Source of the DNA: Octopus vulgaris
Lineage: Eukaryota
Length of the DNA stretch: 64,000 bases
NCBI GenBank assembly: GCA_951406725.2
Contig: OX597814.1
Location: 26,350,001 to 26,414,000, forward strand
Reading direction: 5' to 3'
In this document: in pieces, positions 1-10,599 of the stretch
Numbering within the stretch: position 1 is the stretch's first letter
How the letters are laid out: every line of letters begins with the position of its first letter
The notes under the pieces: generated by a model
What the model was told of the DNA's origin: nothing
The model's database searches: none
What the model saw: only the letters and a program-made list of their open reading frames with translations
Position numbers and translations under genes: made by a program

Positions 1-312
1 CTGATCTGGCAGTGTTTCTACGGCTGGATGCCCTTCCTAACGCCAACCACTCCGTGAGTGTAGTGAGTGCTTTTTACGTGCCACCCGCACATGTGCCAGA
101 CGGAGCTGGCAAACGGCCACGATCGGATGGTGCTTTTTATGTGCCACCAGCATGGGGGCCAGGCGAGGCTGGCAACGGCCACGATCGGATGGTGCTTTTT
201 ACGTGCCACCAGCACGGGGGCCAGGCGAGGCTGGCAATGGCCATGAACGGGTGGTGCTTTTTATGTGCCACCGGCGCTGGTATCACAGCTGCAATTTCCA
301 TTGCAAGGTACA
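1..312 (-). mobile_element. RTE-clade LINE 3'UTR fragment (family B) with four ~62-bp internal tandem units
   Basis: Near-identical to 7380-7583, 29805-30038 and 46860-47170. The motif gtgcttttta(c/t)gtgccacc recurs at ~67, 130, 192 and 255. Longer copies link this UTR to an RTE ORF end. Confidence 0.8.
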
Positions 313-359
313 AGCAAGTAGGTTATATTCAGTTGCAATCGATGTCTTAACAGTTTTAG

Positions 360-610
360 CCTGTGTGTGTGTGTGTGTGTGTTTGTGTTTGTGTGTGTGC
401 TTGTGTCTCTGTCTGTCTCCCACTACTGCTTGACAACTGGTGGTTTGTATATGTCCCCCCCCCCCACGTACCTTAATGGCAAAAAGATCCCAATAGAATA
501 AGTGCCAGGCTTAAAAAAAAAGTATTGAGGTCAATTCATTTGACTAAAAAATGTTGAAGGTGATGCCCCAGCATGGCTGAAGTCTTATATAACTAAAGCA
601 GATAAAAGTT
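360..610 (+). mobile_element. Degenerate 3' half of tRNA-derived SINE family A
   Basis: gcttgacaactgg...atagaataagtgccaggctt...ccagcatggctgaagtc matches the 3' half of the 23401-23812 copy. Confidence 0.7.
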
Positions 611-736
611 ACACACACACACATACATATATATATGTGTGTGTGTGTGTATCTTTTATATAAATATATGTGTACATATATATATATGTGTGTGTATGTG
701 TCTTTTATATAAATATATGTGTATATATATATATAT

Positions 737-780
<44 letters not shown>

Positions 781-1926
781 CCCATGTTTGACAGGAGCTG
801 GGAAGTTGGAGAGATGCACTTGGCTCCAATTGTCTGTCTGGCTGGATGCCCTTCCTAACACCAGCTATTTTACAGAGTGAACTGAATGCTTATTACATGT
901 CACTGGCATGGGAGCTTTTTATGTGGCATCAGCACAGGTGTTTTTTATGTGGCATCAGCACAGGTGTTTTTTTATGTGACACTGGCACAGATACTTTTCA
1001 CATGACACCAGCAGGGTTGCCAAGTTACACAAGACAAAATTCTCCATGTTGAGAGAGGTGGGTGGAACCAAAGGAAGTAACTGTGTGCCAGGTGAGAGGT
1101 TAGAGTACGATAGAGGGACACATATAGTTGTCTTACTATAGAGAAGATTCTTGGCCATCCAGTAGGACAAGGAAGAAGGAAGGTGGGAGAGAGTTAAAGA
1201 AAGATAGAGAGATAATCAGAGTGGGAGAAAAAGAGAAATGGATGGTGCTGGAGATGTATTAGAGCCTACCCTCAGTGAACAGTGGGGAGGAGTATAATTA
1301 GTACAGAGGGGATAGGGTGGATGTTGCATAAGGGTGTGAGGGATACGTTTAGAGATGGGGGGGAAGTAGCAAGTGATGCTGAGTGAATCTGGAGTGGATG
1401 GGAGGGTGGTAAAGAAGAATGAGAGGGACTGAGGCATGTGTAGCTAGGTACATGAGAGTGAGTGGAGGGGTGGATCAGGGCCTGCAGTAAGTGTTGGGAA
1501 GATGGGGGAGTTTTAACAGATCATATAATGTGTATGTGTGTGAGGAGATGTGTGTATGTATGGATAGCCACAATTTCACTTAGCTTGTAGTGTTGTTTAA
1601 AGTACAGCGAATTGCCAGAAGTCTTGGCCACTTGTCATCTCTGCTATGATATAACACAGAGTGTGTGCTCATGTGTGTCTGCAAATACTTACATTTTGCA
1701 TGCCTTGCATGAAAATCTGCTGACCTTCAATCAGTGCAATTTGTTGTTATGTACTTGTCAAAAATGTGAATGTTGGTTCTGCACTTGTACAGACATGGAA
1801 TAAGAGATCCCTTACATGAAATGCAGGTCAGAGTTTGTGGTAAAAAGGGCATCTAACTGTAAAATTAAGTCCCAACAATATATTCATCTTGCCCATTCTA
1901 GCATGGAAAACTGAACATCAAACAAG

Positions 1927-1958
<32 letters not shown>

Positions 1959-2164
1959 TCTCTTTCATACGTCAGCCTGTGATGCAGCTGAACACATCAC
2001 CAATGATGTTTCTTGGGGCAATTAGGTGTTTCAGGTCTTTCAACATTAAACACCTCATTCAGTCTTTCCAGTTAGGGTTGATCAAGCCCCAGCGTGTGTC
2101 CAGTTATCACAACTACTCCAGGGCTCATACATGTATGTATGTATGTACGTACGTATGTATGTCT

Positions 2165-2872
2165 CTCTCTCTTCTAGTTTTTAATTATCATAAATCTTCC
2201 ACAGAGAAGGAAGCCAGTTTCCAACAAAGATACAAGGCTCCATCTTTGGGATGTAGTTAACACAGACAAATTCATATTTGGAACTTGAGGAAAGTCTTGC
2301 ATGTTTTTACTGTTCCACTCACAGACTGCACATATAATGCATGAATTAGCTGGTCAATTTCTCTTTCTGAAAATCCCAGTTTATCCAGATTATCCTTTAA
2401 GCATTTACCAACAAAACCTAGTGCTCCAATTATTATTGGCATGAGTATGAATTCATTGTCTAGATATAGAAGCTGGAGGTTTTGAAGCAGTTGTCCATAG
2501 ATATCCTCTTTTTCTTTGATTTTCAAACAGATATTTATATCTGCAGGGCAGCTGACTTCTATGACGGTACATACCTTTGCCCCTCTGTCCTGTTATGTTT
2601 ACATTTGACAGACGTTTTGATGAGAATATTCCACCAGTATTCCTTGAGTTGGTGTTTATGAATGTATTCCATAACAGAGGGACTTAATAAGTTTCTTTCA
2701 AGAAACTTAGTAAGTCCTTCATAATACTAATAAGCACGGTTTTGCAGATGGCATTGTAAATTGTTTTAGCAACAACATCGTGCTGCTTAGGGAGGTAGTA
2801 CCATGACAACATTTTAGGGTAGCTGCTAATCACATGCGTGATGTCTTCCACGGAAGCATGATATAGCCTACA
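2165..2872 (-). mobile_element. 3' end of a non-LTR retrotransposon with CCHC knuckle and restriction-like endonuclease (R2/R4 group), decayed
   Basis: Minus-strand translation CRLYHASVEDITHVISSYPKM..HDVVAKTIY..EYWWNILIKTSVKCKHNR..VIEVSCPADIN..PIIIGALGFV..SGTVKTCKTFLKF*, with frameshifts. Paralogous to 58620-59730. Confidence 0.85.
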
Positions 2873-3286
2873 CATGCATGCATGCATGTATGTATGTATG
2901 TATGTATGCATGCATGCATTAATACATGCATGTATTTAATAGTTCATACTATGATCATTTCAGTTTCTGGTCAACTCCAGATATGACCAGTGTGTGAATC
3001 AATCATAGTGCAAACTATTAAATATAAAAATATGAAACTCTATGTCCCCTCTTGCTTTCCATCACTACCTCACTCTTATCTACTCCACTGCTATGATACT
3101 ATTACCCACCTCTTTATCATTCATGACTCTAGCACACATGCTCCTCTTGCTAATCACTTGATTATTCTTTCCTCTTCTTACTTTTATTATACTCTGCAAT
3201 TGATGAGACTCGGGATAGCAGTTGATCTACAATAATGTAAAGAATAATTCTTCAGTTTAATGTTAAATGGTAAGTTAATTTAAACT

Positions 3287-3735
3287 AGAGAGGCCCTTTG
3301 TCACCAGCAGAGGTAAGAGCTCTCTGAACTTTGCCCAGGCTATTCTTATTCTAGCAGCTACACTTTCAGTGCACCCTCCCCCGCTACTGACTAGGTCACC
3401 TAGGTAATGGAAGCTATCAACTACTAGTTTTTCTCTCTGGAATGTGATGGAAGTTGTTCTCTGCACATTTTCAGTGTTTATTGCTGCTGAGCATCTGCCA
3501 CATACAAAAACTATCTTCCCAGTTAGCCTTCCTTTGATATTGCTGCACCTCTTATGTGTCCATAGCTTACACTGGATACATCTTATAGAGTTTCTACCTA
3601 TGCCTTTTCTACAGATTGAGCAGGGCCATCTACCTGAAGGGATTTGTGGTTTGCCTGCCTTCCTACTTATTAGGACTTTGGTTTTAGCTAGGTTGACTCT
3701 AAGGCCCTTCGATTCTAATCCTTGTTTCCACATAA
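3287..3735 (-). mobile_element. RTE-clade LINE ORF fragment: C-terminal RT region containing a PHD-like Cys/His finger
   Basis: ORF 3275..3733: WKQGLESKGLRVNLAKTKVL..CSICRKGIGRNSIRCIQCKLWTHKRC..CGRC..VDSFHYLGD..ARIRIAWAKFRELLPLL. Confidence 0.88.
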
Positions 3736-3748
3736 TAGGACTTCTAAC

Positions 3749-4365
3749 CTAGAGGCAGAGTTTATGGGGTTCTTGTGAGTTAAGAAATTTGGTCAGGTAC
3801 ACCATGACTTACTCTGGGTCAGTAATTGAATCGATGGATGTGTAGATTTGTTCCTGGGTCGGCAGTTGACGAAGGAGGCGAGTGTTAAGCAATCAGTGTT
3901 TTCTTTTCATTAAGAAATAATTAAGCATGCTTTTATTTCAATAAAATTTTTGGTTTTATATAACGAAGTTAAGGCGAAAAAAAACTTATTGAGAAACCAA
4001 ATAGTCTTTCCTTACTTCATGCCAAGATTGAAGAAAATATCTCTTTTGCATCTTACTTTTTTGGTCTCTTAAATATACTGCATTTTGTGGCATTATTTCA
4101 AGCCAGCCGGCTTTTTTGGGGCAAACTGCATGTGCATTTTTCTTGCGTACGCATAGTATCGATCACAACAGCTGATGTACTTGCGCGTACAAATGCACAT
4201 TCCCACGGCTTTATCGGTCGCATTCTCACCTGGAATCGATTTTTGTAATTTTTTCAAGACTTATATACGCCCTGATACTGTCGGTATCTACATATCATAT
4301 TTGATGGAGAATGCTCAAGATCCTAGAAGACACACAGACAGACAAAATAGATTTTATATAATAGA
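3749..4365 (-). mobile_element. Possible non-autonomous Helitron-like element
   Basis: The minus strand begins A|TCTATTATATAAAATCTATTTTGTCTGTCTG at 4365 (TC start plus CTGT repeats, as in non-autonomous Helitrons). A CTAG lies at 3749-3752, but no clear subterminal hairpin is visible. Confidence 0.35.
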
Positions 4366-4413
4366 TGTATATTTATATGTATGTATGTGTGTATATATAT
4401 ATATATATATGTA

Positions 4414-5437
4414 TTGGGTTGGCAACTAAGTTACCGCCATTTTCTTTAATTTTGAAGTTTATTGTGTTTTAAGATTTGGAATCTATTTTTTTCAAGAATT
4501 CTATTTTTGAATCATTTTGGAATCTACTTTGTTTTTTTTTTCTAGTTAATTTTAGTTAATTTTCATATCATTAAAATGGAATGTCAAGTTAAGAAATATG
4601 AGCATTTTCAACACCTCCTTCTTTTTGCTTTTAATCAAGTTTCTAAGGCTGCAAAAGCTGCTCATGATATTTGTGCTGTGCATGGAGAGGGTGCCATAGC
4701 TGAAAGAACCACTCGTGATTAGTATACCAAGTTCAAAAATCGAAATTTTGACCTCAAAGACGCACCTCATTCTGGCCGTCCAGTTGAGTTCAATGTAGAG
4801 CAATGAAATCAAATTTTGCACAAAAATTCTCGTCAAACGACAAGGGAACTGGCAGGGGAAATGGAATGCTCCCATAACTGCTATAGAGAAGCATCTACAC
4901 TCAATGGGTTCTGCATGCTTTAAGTGACAACAACAAAAATCAACGAGCCACAATCTTCGCTGGTTGCTTGCTCGTCACCACTCAACTCATGGACACGAGC
5001 AATGATTTCTTTACCGAATCATTACTGGCAATGAAAAATGGTGCCTATACCTCAATATGAAGCTGTGTAAGGAACGGCTTAGCCCCAGTAAACAAGTGAC
5101 ACCACCAATATAACCAAGGAAGCCATTCAAACGCATGGCTAGGAACTGCTGCCACACCCACCATATTCTCCTGATTTGGTACCAATGGATTTCTACCTAT
5201 TTCGATCTCTTTCAAATGCTGTGTGTGGAGTTTTGTTCAATACTGATGAAGAATTGAGAGCTTGGTTGGACAAATTTTTTGAGAGGAAATTGGGTGATTT
5301 CTACCAAGGTATTGAAAACATTGTTGAACGTTGAGAAGAAGTTGTAAACATTATTGATTAATTAGCTATTTCTTATTAAACCTTTTAAAAAATTTAAATA
5401 AAAAAAAAAAACCTCAGAAACTTAGTTGCCAAGCCAA
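4414..5437 (+). mobile_element. Mariner DNA transposon, internally deleted transposase pseudogene with both TIRs and TA target duplication
   Basis: TA|TTGGGTTGGCAACTAAGTT ... AACTTAGTTGCCAAGCCAA|TA (1 mismatch). From ATG 4576: MECQVKKYEHFQHLLLFAF..DLKDAPHSGRP..FLYRIITGNEKWCLY..LPHPPYSPDLVPMDFYLFRSL, with stops and frameshifts. Confidence 0.93.
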
Positions 5438-5521
5438 TATATGGATGTATATGTAGATATATGTATATTTATATATATATATGAATATATGTGTGCATGT
5501 ATATTTATATATATATGCGTG

Positions 5522-5558
<37 letters not shown>

Positions 5559-5563
<5 letters not shown>

Positions 5564-5978
5564 ATCCAAACACGAAAACACAACAACGTGAGGACATGGA
5601 ACAAGTATAGTATTATTGGACGCTCAGGAAAGAAGGAAAGAAGGAGGGTTTAACGTTTCAAGTGGAGCTCTTCGTCAGAAACATAGGAAAAGGAAAGATC
5701 CAAAGAAGGGAAGACAAAGGAAAAAAAGCGCCAACGGTACACACATAGGTATGTATGTATATATGTATATATACATTTCAATATGTGACAGCATGTGTAT
5801 CGTTGGCGATTTTCTTTCTCCATCTTTGCTTCTTTGGACTTTCTCTATATTTCTCATTAAGAGCTCCGCTTAAAACATGAAATCTCCTACTTTCTTTCCT
5901 TTCCTGAGTGTCCAATAACACTTACTTATTCCACGTCCTCGCATTGTTGTTTTCTTTTTCTTCATGTTTGGATTAACT
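5559..5978. mobile_element. Inverted pair of ~185-bp Penelope-like terminal repeats around a microsatellite spacer
   Basis: 5559-5745 is the diverged reverse complement of 5794-5978 (agttaatccaaac...cgccaacggtacac / gtgtatcgttggcg...gtttggattaact). It carries a hammerhead-like core, a known hallmark of Penelope-like pLTRs. Confidence 0.6.
5648..5682 (-). ncRNA. Minimal hammerhead ribozyme-like motif
   Basis: Minus strand GTTT-CTGACGA-A-GAG-ctcca-CTT-GAAA-C-GTT-AAAC: stem I GTTT/AAAC, CUGANGA and GAAA boxes, palindromic ACGT stem III, GUU triplet. Confidence 0.55.
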
Positions 5979-5979
5979 T

Positions 5980-5989
5980 TATATGTATG

Positions 5990-6046
<57 letters not shown>

Positions 6047-6385
6047 GTATGTATATGTATGTATGTATATTTATATATATATGCGAATATATATTTGTTT
6101 ATATTCATATATATATTTATATATATATGCGAATATATATTTGTTTATATTCAAATATATATTTATATATATATGCATATATATATTTGTTTATATTCAT
6201 ATATTTATGTATATATATATGTATATATATATGTATATATATATATATGTGTGTGTGCATATATATGTGTGTGTATATGCATATATGTATATATATATAT
6301 ATATATATATTTGCATATATGTATATATATGTATATATATGTATGTATGTATCTATCTATCTATCTATATATATATATATATATG
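5980..6385. repeat. (TA)n/(TATG)n low-complexity array
   Basis: Direct inspection; source of spurious YI-rich ORFs. Confidence 0.95.
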
Positions 6386-6726
6386 AAAATTCACAGAGTG
6401 CGATTTAAAAAATCCAAAACTGAAAGTTTTCAGAACATTTATAAAGAGAAGGCCTCCACATTCATATAATTGTTGAACCTGGAGCTTAACTATAGTCTGT
6501 CCATAGCATTTACTCAGCATTACCTGACACCTTTGGGTCGTCTTGACACCAATACCTCTCATACCCTGCACACACACACACATGTGCCAGGCGAGAGGTT
6601 ATAGTACGATAGAGGGACAGGTATAGTTGTCTTACTATAGAGAAGATTCTTGGGCCATCCAGTAGGACAAGGAAGAAGGAAGGTATATAGATACATATCC
6701 ATACATATACATATCCATTCATATAT

Positions 6727-6764
<38 letters not shown>

Positions 6765-7054
6765 GTGCGCACTCGCGTGTGTGTGTGTGTGTGTGCATGT
6801 GTGTGTGAATATTAACAGAATGAGATTAAATAAATCCAAAACTGTGAAAGATTTCAGAACATATATAAAGAGGACTCCTCATTCATATAACTGTCGAACC
6901 TGACACATATTCCCAGACCTCAATCCGAGCTCCAATCTAATCTGGCATTGTTTCTACAGATGGATAAATATATTTATATACATAAATATATATATATATA
7001 TACATACATATACGTGTGTGAGGATATATATCCACCACCCCTGCCTATTCAAAG

Positions 7055-7255
7055 TACCTTGCAATTCAGAACAACCCGCTGTGCTTGAGGAGACCTATTG
7101 AGTCAAGTACATGAACATCGAAATAAATATCAATGGAAATAGTAGTTGTGATACCTGTGCCGGTGGCACGTAAAAAGCACCATCCGAACGTGGCCGATGC
7201 CAGCGCTGCCTTGACTGGCTTCCGTGCCGGTGGCATGTTAAAGGCACTAACCGAT
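7055..7255 (+). mobile_element. RTE 3'UTR (family B) internal fragment, opposite orientation to the adjacent copy
   Basis: gtgccggtggcacgtaaaaagcaccatcc units, reverse complement of the units at 1-312. Confidence 0.75.
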
Positions 7256-7286
7256 ATATATACATGTATATATATATATATATATA

Positions 7287-7583
7287 TCATCATCATCATT
7301 TAGCGTCCTCTTTCCATACTAGCATGGGTTGGACAGTTCAACTGGGGTCTGTGCAGCCAGAAGGCTGCATCAGGCCCAGTCTGATCTGGCAGTGTTTCTA
7401 TGGCTGGATGCCCTTCCTAACGCCAACCACTCCATGAGTGTAGTGGGTGCTTTTTACGTGCCACCCGCACAGGTGCCAGACGGAGCTGGCAAACGGCCAC
7501 GGATGGATGGTGCTTTTTATGTGCCACCGGCACGGGGGCCAGGCGAGACTGGCAACGGCCACGATCGGATGGTGCTTTTTACG
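7287..7583 (-). mobile_element. RTE 3' end (family B) with (GAT)n tail
   Basis: catcatcatcatttagcgtcc..ccatactagcatgggttgg..ggctggatgcccttcctaacgccaacc. Confidence 0.8.
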
Positions 7584-7584
7584 T

Positions 7585-8015
7585 TCATATTTATATATAT
7601 ATATACATGTATATATATATACATGTATGTATATATATATACATGTATATATATATACATGTATATATATATATACATGTATATATATACATACATGTAT
7701 ATATACATACATGTATATATATATACATACATGTATATATATATATACATGTATATATATATATATATACATGTATATATGTATATATATATATACATGT
7801 ATATATGTATATATATATATATGTATATATATATGTATATATATATATGTATATATATATGTATATATATATATATATATACATGTATATGTATATATAC
7901 ATGTATATGTATATATACATGTATATATATGTATACATGTATATATATATATATACATGTATATATATATATATACATGCATGTATATATGTACATGTGT
8001 GTATATATATATATA
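7585..8015. repeat. (TA)n/TACATG degenerate array
   Basis: Direct inspection. Confidence 0.95.
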
Positions 8016-8020
8016 TGCGT

Positions 8021-8302
8021 GGAGGCGTAATGGCCTAGTGGTTAGGGCAGCGGACTAGCAGTCGCAGGATCACGGTTTCGATTCCCAGACCGGGCGTTGT
8101 GTGTGTTTATTGAGCGAAAACACTTAAAAGCTCCAGGAGGCTCCAGCAGGGGGGGGGGGTGATCCCTGCTGTACTCTTTCACCACTCTTTCTTCTGTTGG
8201 CCTGCTCGCTTAGCCAGCAGGTTGGCGTCATTCAAAGGCTAAAACAATGCGAATGTGATGTGTAACAACATTTGATGGTCTGGTCGGTCACGTGATCACG
8301 TG
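8021..8302 (+). mobile_element. tRNA-derived SINE (family C)
   Basis: A box TGGCCTAGTGG and B box GGTTTCGATTCC at tRNA-like spacing, followed by a non-tRNA body. The 3' part recurs at ~42075-42185. Confidence 0.8.
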
Positions 8303-8348
8303 ATATATATATATGCATGCATATATATACATGTATGTAAATATATAT

Positions 8349-8396
<48 letters not shown>

Positions 8397-8571
8397 ATAT
8401 ATATATATACATGTATGTAAATGTATATATATACATGTATGTATATATATATATACATGTATGTAAATGTATATATATACATGTATGTATATATATATAT
8501 ATATACATGTATGTCATATATATATACATACATATATATATATACGCATGTACTTATGTATATAAGTGCAA

Positions 8572-8915
8572 GCATGGGCATATGGTAAGAAGCTTGCTTC
8601 TCAACCACATGATTCTGGGTTCAGTCCCACTGTATAGCACCTTTGACATGTGCCTTGTACTCAAGATGATGAAAGCCTTGCTAGAAGATTTGATAGACAG
8701 AAGCTCATCATATATATGTTTTAAGTGTGTGTGTATGTCTTGCCCCCATCTCTCACCGTTTAACAACTGGTGTTGGCGTACTGAAGCCCCCATAAACTAG
8801 CAGTTCGCTAAAGGAGGCTAGGTTTTGAAAAAAGAAGTATTGATTGTTGGTTAAAGTTCTTCAAGGTGGTGCCCTAGTTTAACCGCAGTCTAAATGACCA
8901 GAAATGAGTAAAAGA
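8572..8915 (+). mobile_element. Degenerate SINE family A
   Basis: ggtaagaagcttgcttctcaaccacatgattctgggttcagtcccactg ... gcagtctaaatgacc. Confidence 0.7.
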
Positions 8916-9018
8916 TATCAGATAAGATATATATATATATATATAGCAAATAAGAAAATGGAGAAGCACAATAGTTGGTTCATCAACTTTAGGACATTAA
9001 AATGTTAACTTATTTATT

Positions 9019-9252
9019 TACTCTTTTACTTGTTTCAGTCATTTGACTGCGGCCATGCTGGAGCACCGCCTTTAGACGAGCAAATCGACCCCAGGACTCA
9101 TTCTTTGTAAGCCTAGTACTTATTTTGTCGAACTCTTTTGCCGAACTGCTAAGTTATGGGGATGTAAACACACCAGCATCGGTTGTCAAGAGATGTTGGA
9201 GGGACAAACACAGACACACAAACATACACAGACGCGCACACACACACACACA

Positions 9253-9297
<45 letters not shown>

Positions 9298-9560
9298 ATT
9301 CACAGAGTATATTTTACCAATGATTTTGGCTAAAAATGATAGATTACAGGAACAGAATTAAACCAACATGAATTGTCAAATAGTAACACATGCACACAGA
9401 TAGACACACACACATATCGAAAATATACATACGATGGACTTCGCTCAATTTCTGTCAACCAAAACCACAACAATAGCCCCAGGCTATAGTAGAAGACACT
9501 TGCCCAATGTGCTTTACATAGGAACTGAACCCGAAATCTGTAGCAAATTTACCGTCATGC
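9019..9560 (-). mobile_element. SINE family A, interrupted in its central microsatellite
   Basis: 3' half at 9019-9225 is close to the reverse complement of 23600-23810; the head remnant is at 9430-9560. Confidence 0.75.
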
Positions 9561-9739
9561 CCACGTCAGTGTGTGTGTGTCACGTGGATGTGTCTGTATA
9601 TGTGTATATATATATATTATGTAGATGTGTGTGTCCGTCTAACAAAATATAATCTATCTATCAATCTGCTTGATTCAGTCTTATCTCTCTGAGTATATGT
9701 ATTTCACACAATGACGCACAAACATACACACCCTCACTC

Positions 9740-10080
9740 AGAGTACACGTACTACTGACTGGCACCTCTTCGTAGCGTGAAGTGAATCCCCTTTACTACC
9801 TGAATCGTGATGCCGGCAACACCGCAGCAGCAGCAGCAGCAGCTTTAGTAGCAGCATTGGCAGCAGCAGCAGCAGCCATACCATTATCAGCAGCAGCAGC
9901 AGTCAGCGAGTGGAGCTGGCTTTGTTGAGATGACAAAACAATGTCAGTGTGCTAGCAGCGGGCATTGTTGACAGATGCAAAGGCCACACTCACAACTGTC
10001 AGGATTTGGCTTCAATGTTGATGCTAGCATCCAAGACATTGTAAGAGACAGACAGTGCTGCCGCCGTATCATTTGAATGG
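9740..10080 (+). other. Putative first (5'UTR) exon of the host gene, with CAG/GCA tracts and multiple uORFs; start approximate
   Basis: Unique, locally GC/CpG-richer block ending in a strong donor TGG|GTAAGC at 10080/10081. In the frame of the downstream CDS there is a stop at 10042-10044 and no later ATG. Confidence 0.6.
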
Positions 10081-10599
10081 GTAAGCAGGAGACCTGTTCT
10101 TAAATCGCCTAGTCCCGTCGTCATCATCAGTCAGTCAGTCGGTCATTGTCACCATCACCACTAGCACCACCGTCACCTCCACTACACCACCGCAACCGTC
10201 AACACCACCACCACCACCTCCACATTATTATTGTTGTCGTCTTCGACGTCCTTTCTCTCGCCATCACCGTTACAGTCACCCGTCAGCGTCATCATCCCCG
10301 TCATCATCCTCATCATCTTTATTATTTTACCATGTGATTTAAGGCTTTCATTATCTTTAATGCATGCACCCTTCGTGTTTCTCTCACAATAACAATTTTA
10401 CTATTCTCTTTTCTTGTACCAGCACCATCATCATCACCACAACCATCATCACACACATCATCGTTGTCATCATTAACATCACCACCATCATCAACTTCAT
10501 TCATCACCACTGTTGCCATCACCAATAACTATATCATAACAATTAGTTTCAGTAGTTTATACAATTTATTTTAATTAATAATTTTGTGTATGTGGATTT

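Noticed and set aside
60-290. CRISPR-like regular repeats at ~62-bp spacing
   Set aside because: The spacers are related to each other, the array lies in a eukaryotic LINE UTR, and there are no cas genes.
12-350. 112-aa ORF with repeated GAFYVPPA
   Set aside because: Antisense reading of the tandem units in the RTE 3'UTR; recurs in every repeat copy.
8021-8100. Possible tRNA gene
   Set aside because: A and B boxes are present, but there is no proper acceptor stem and it runs into a repeat body, so it is a SINE head.
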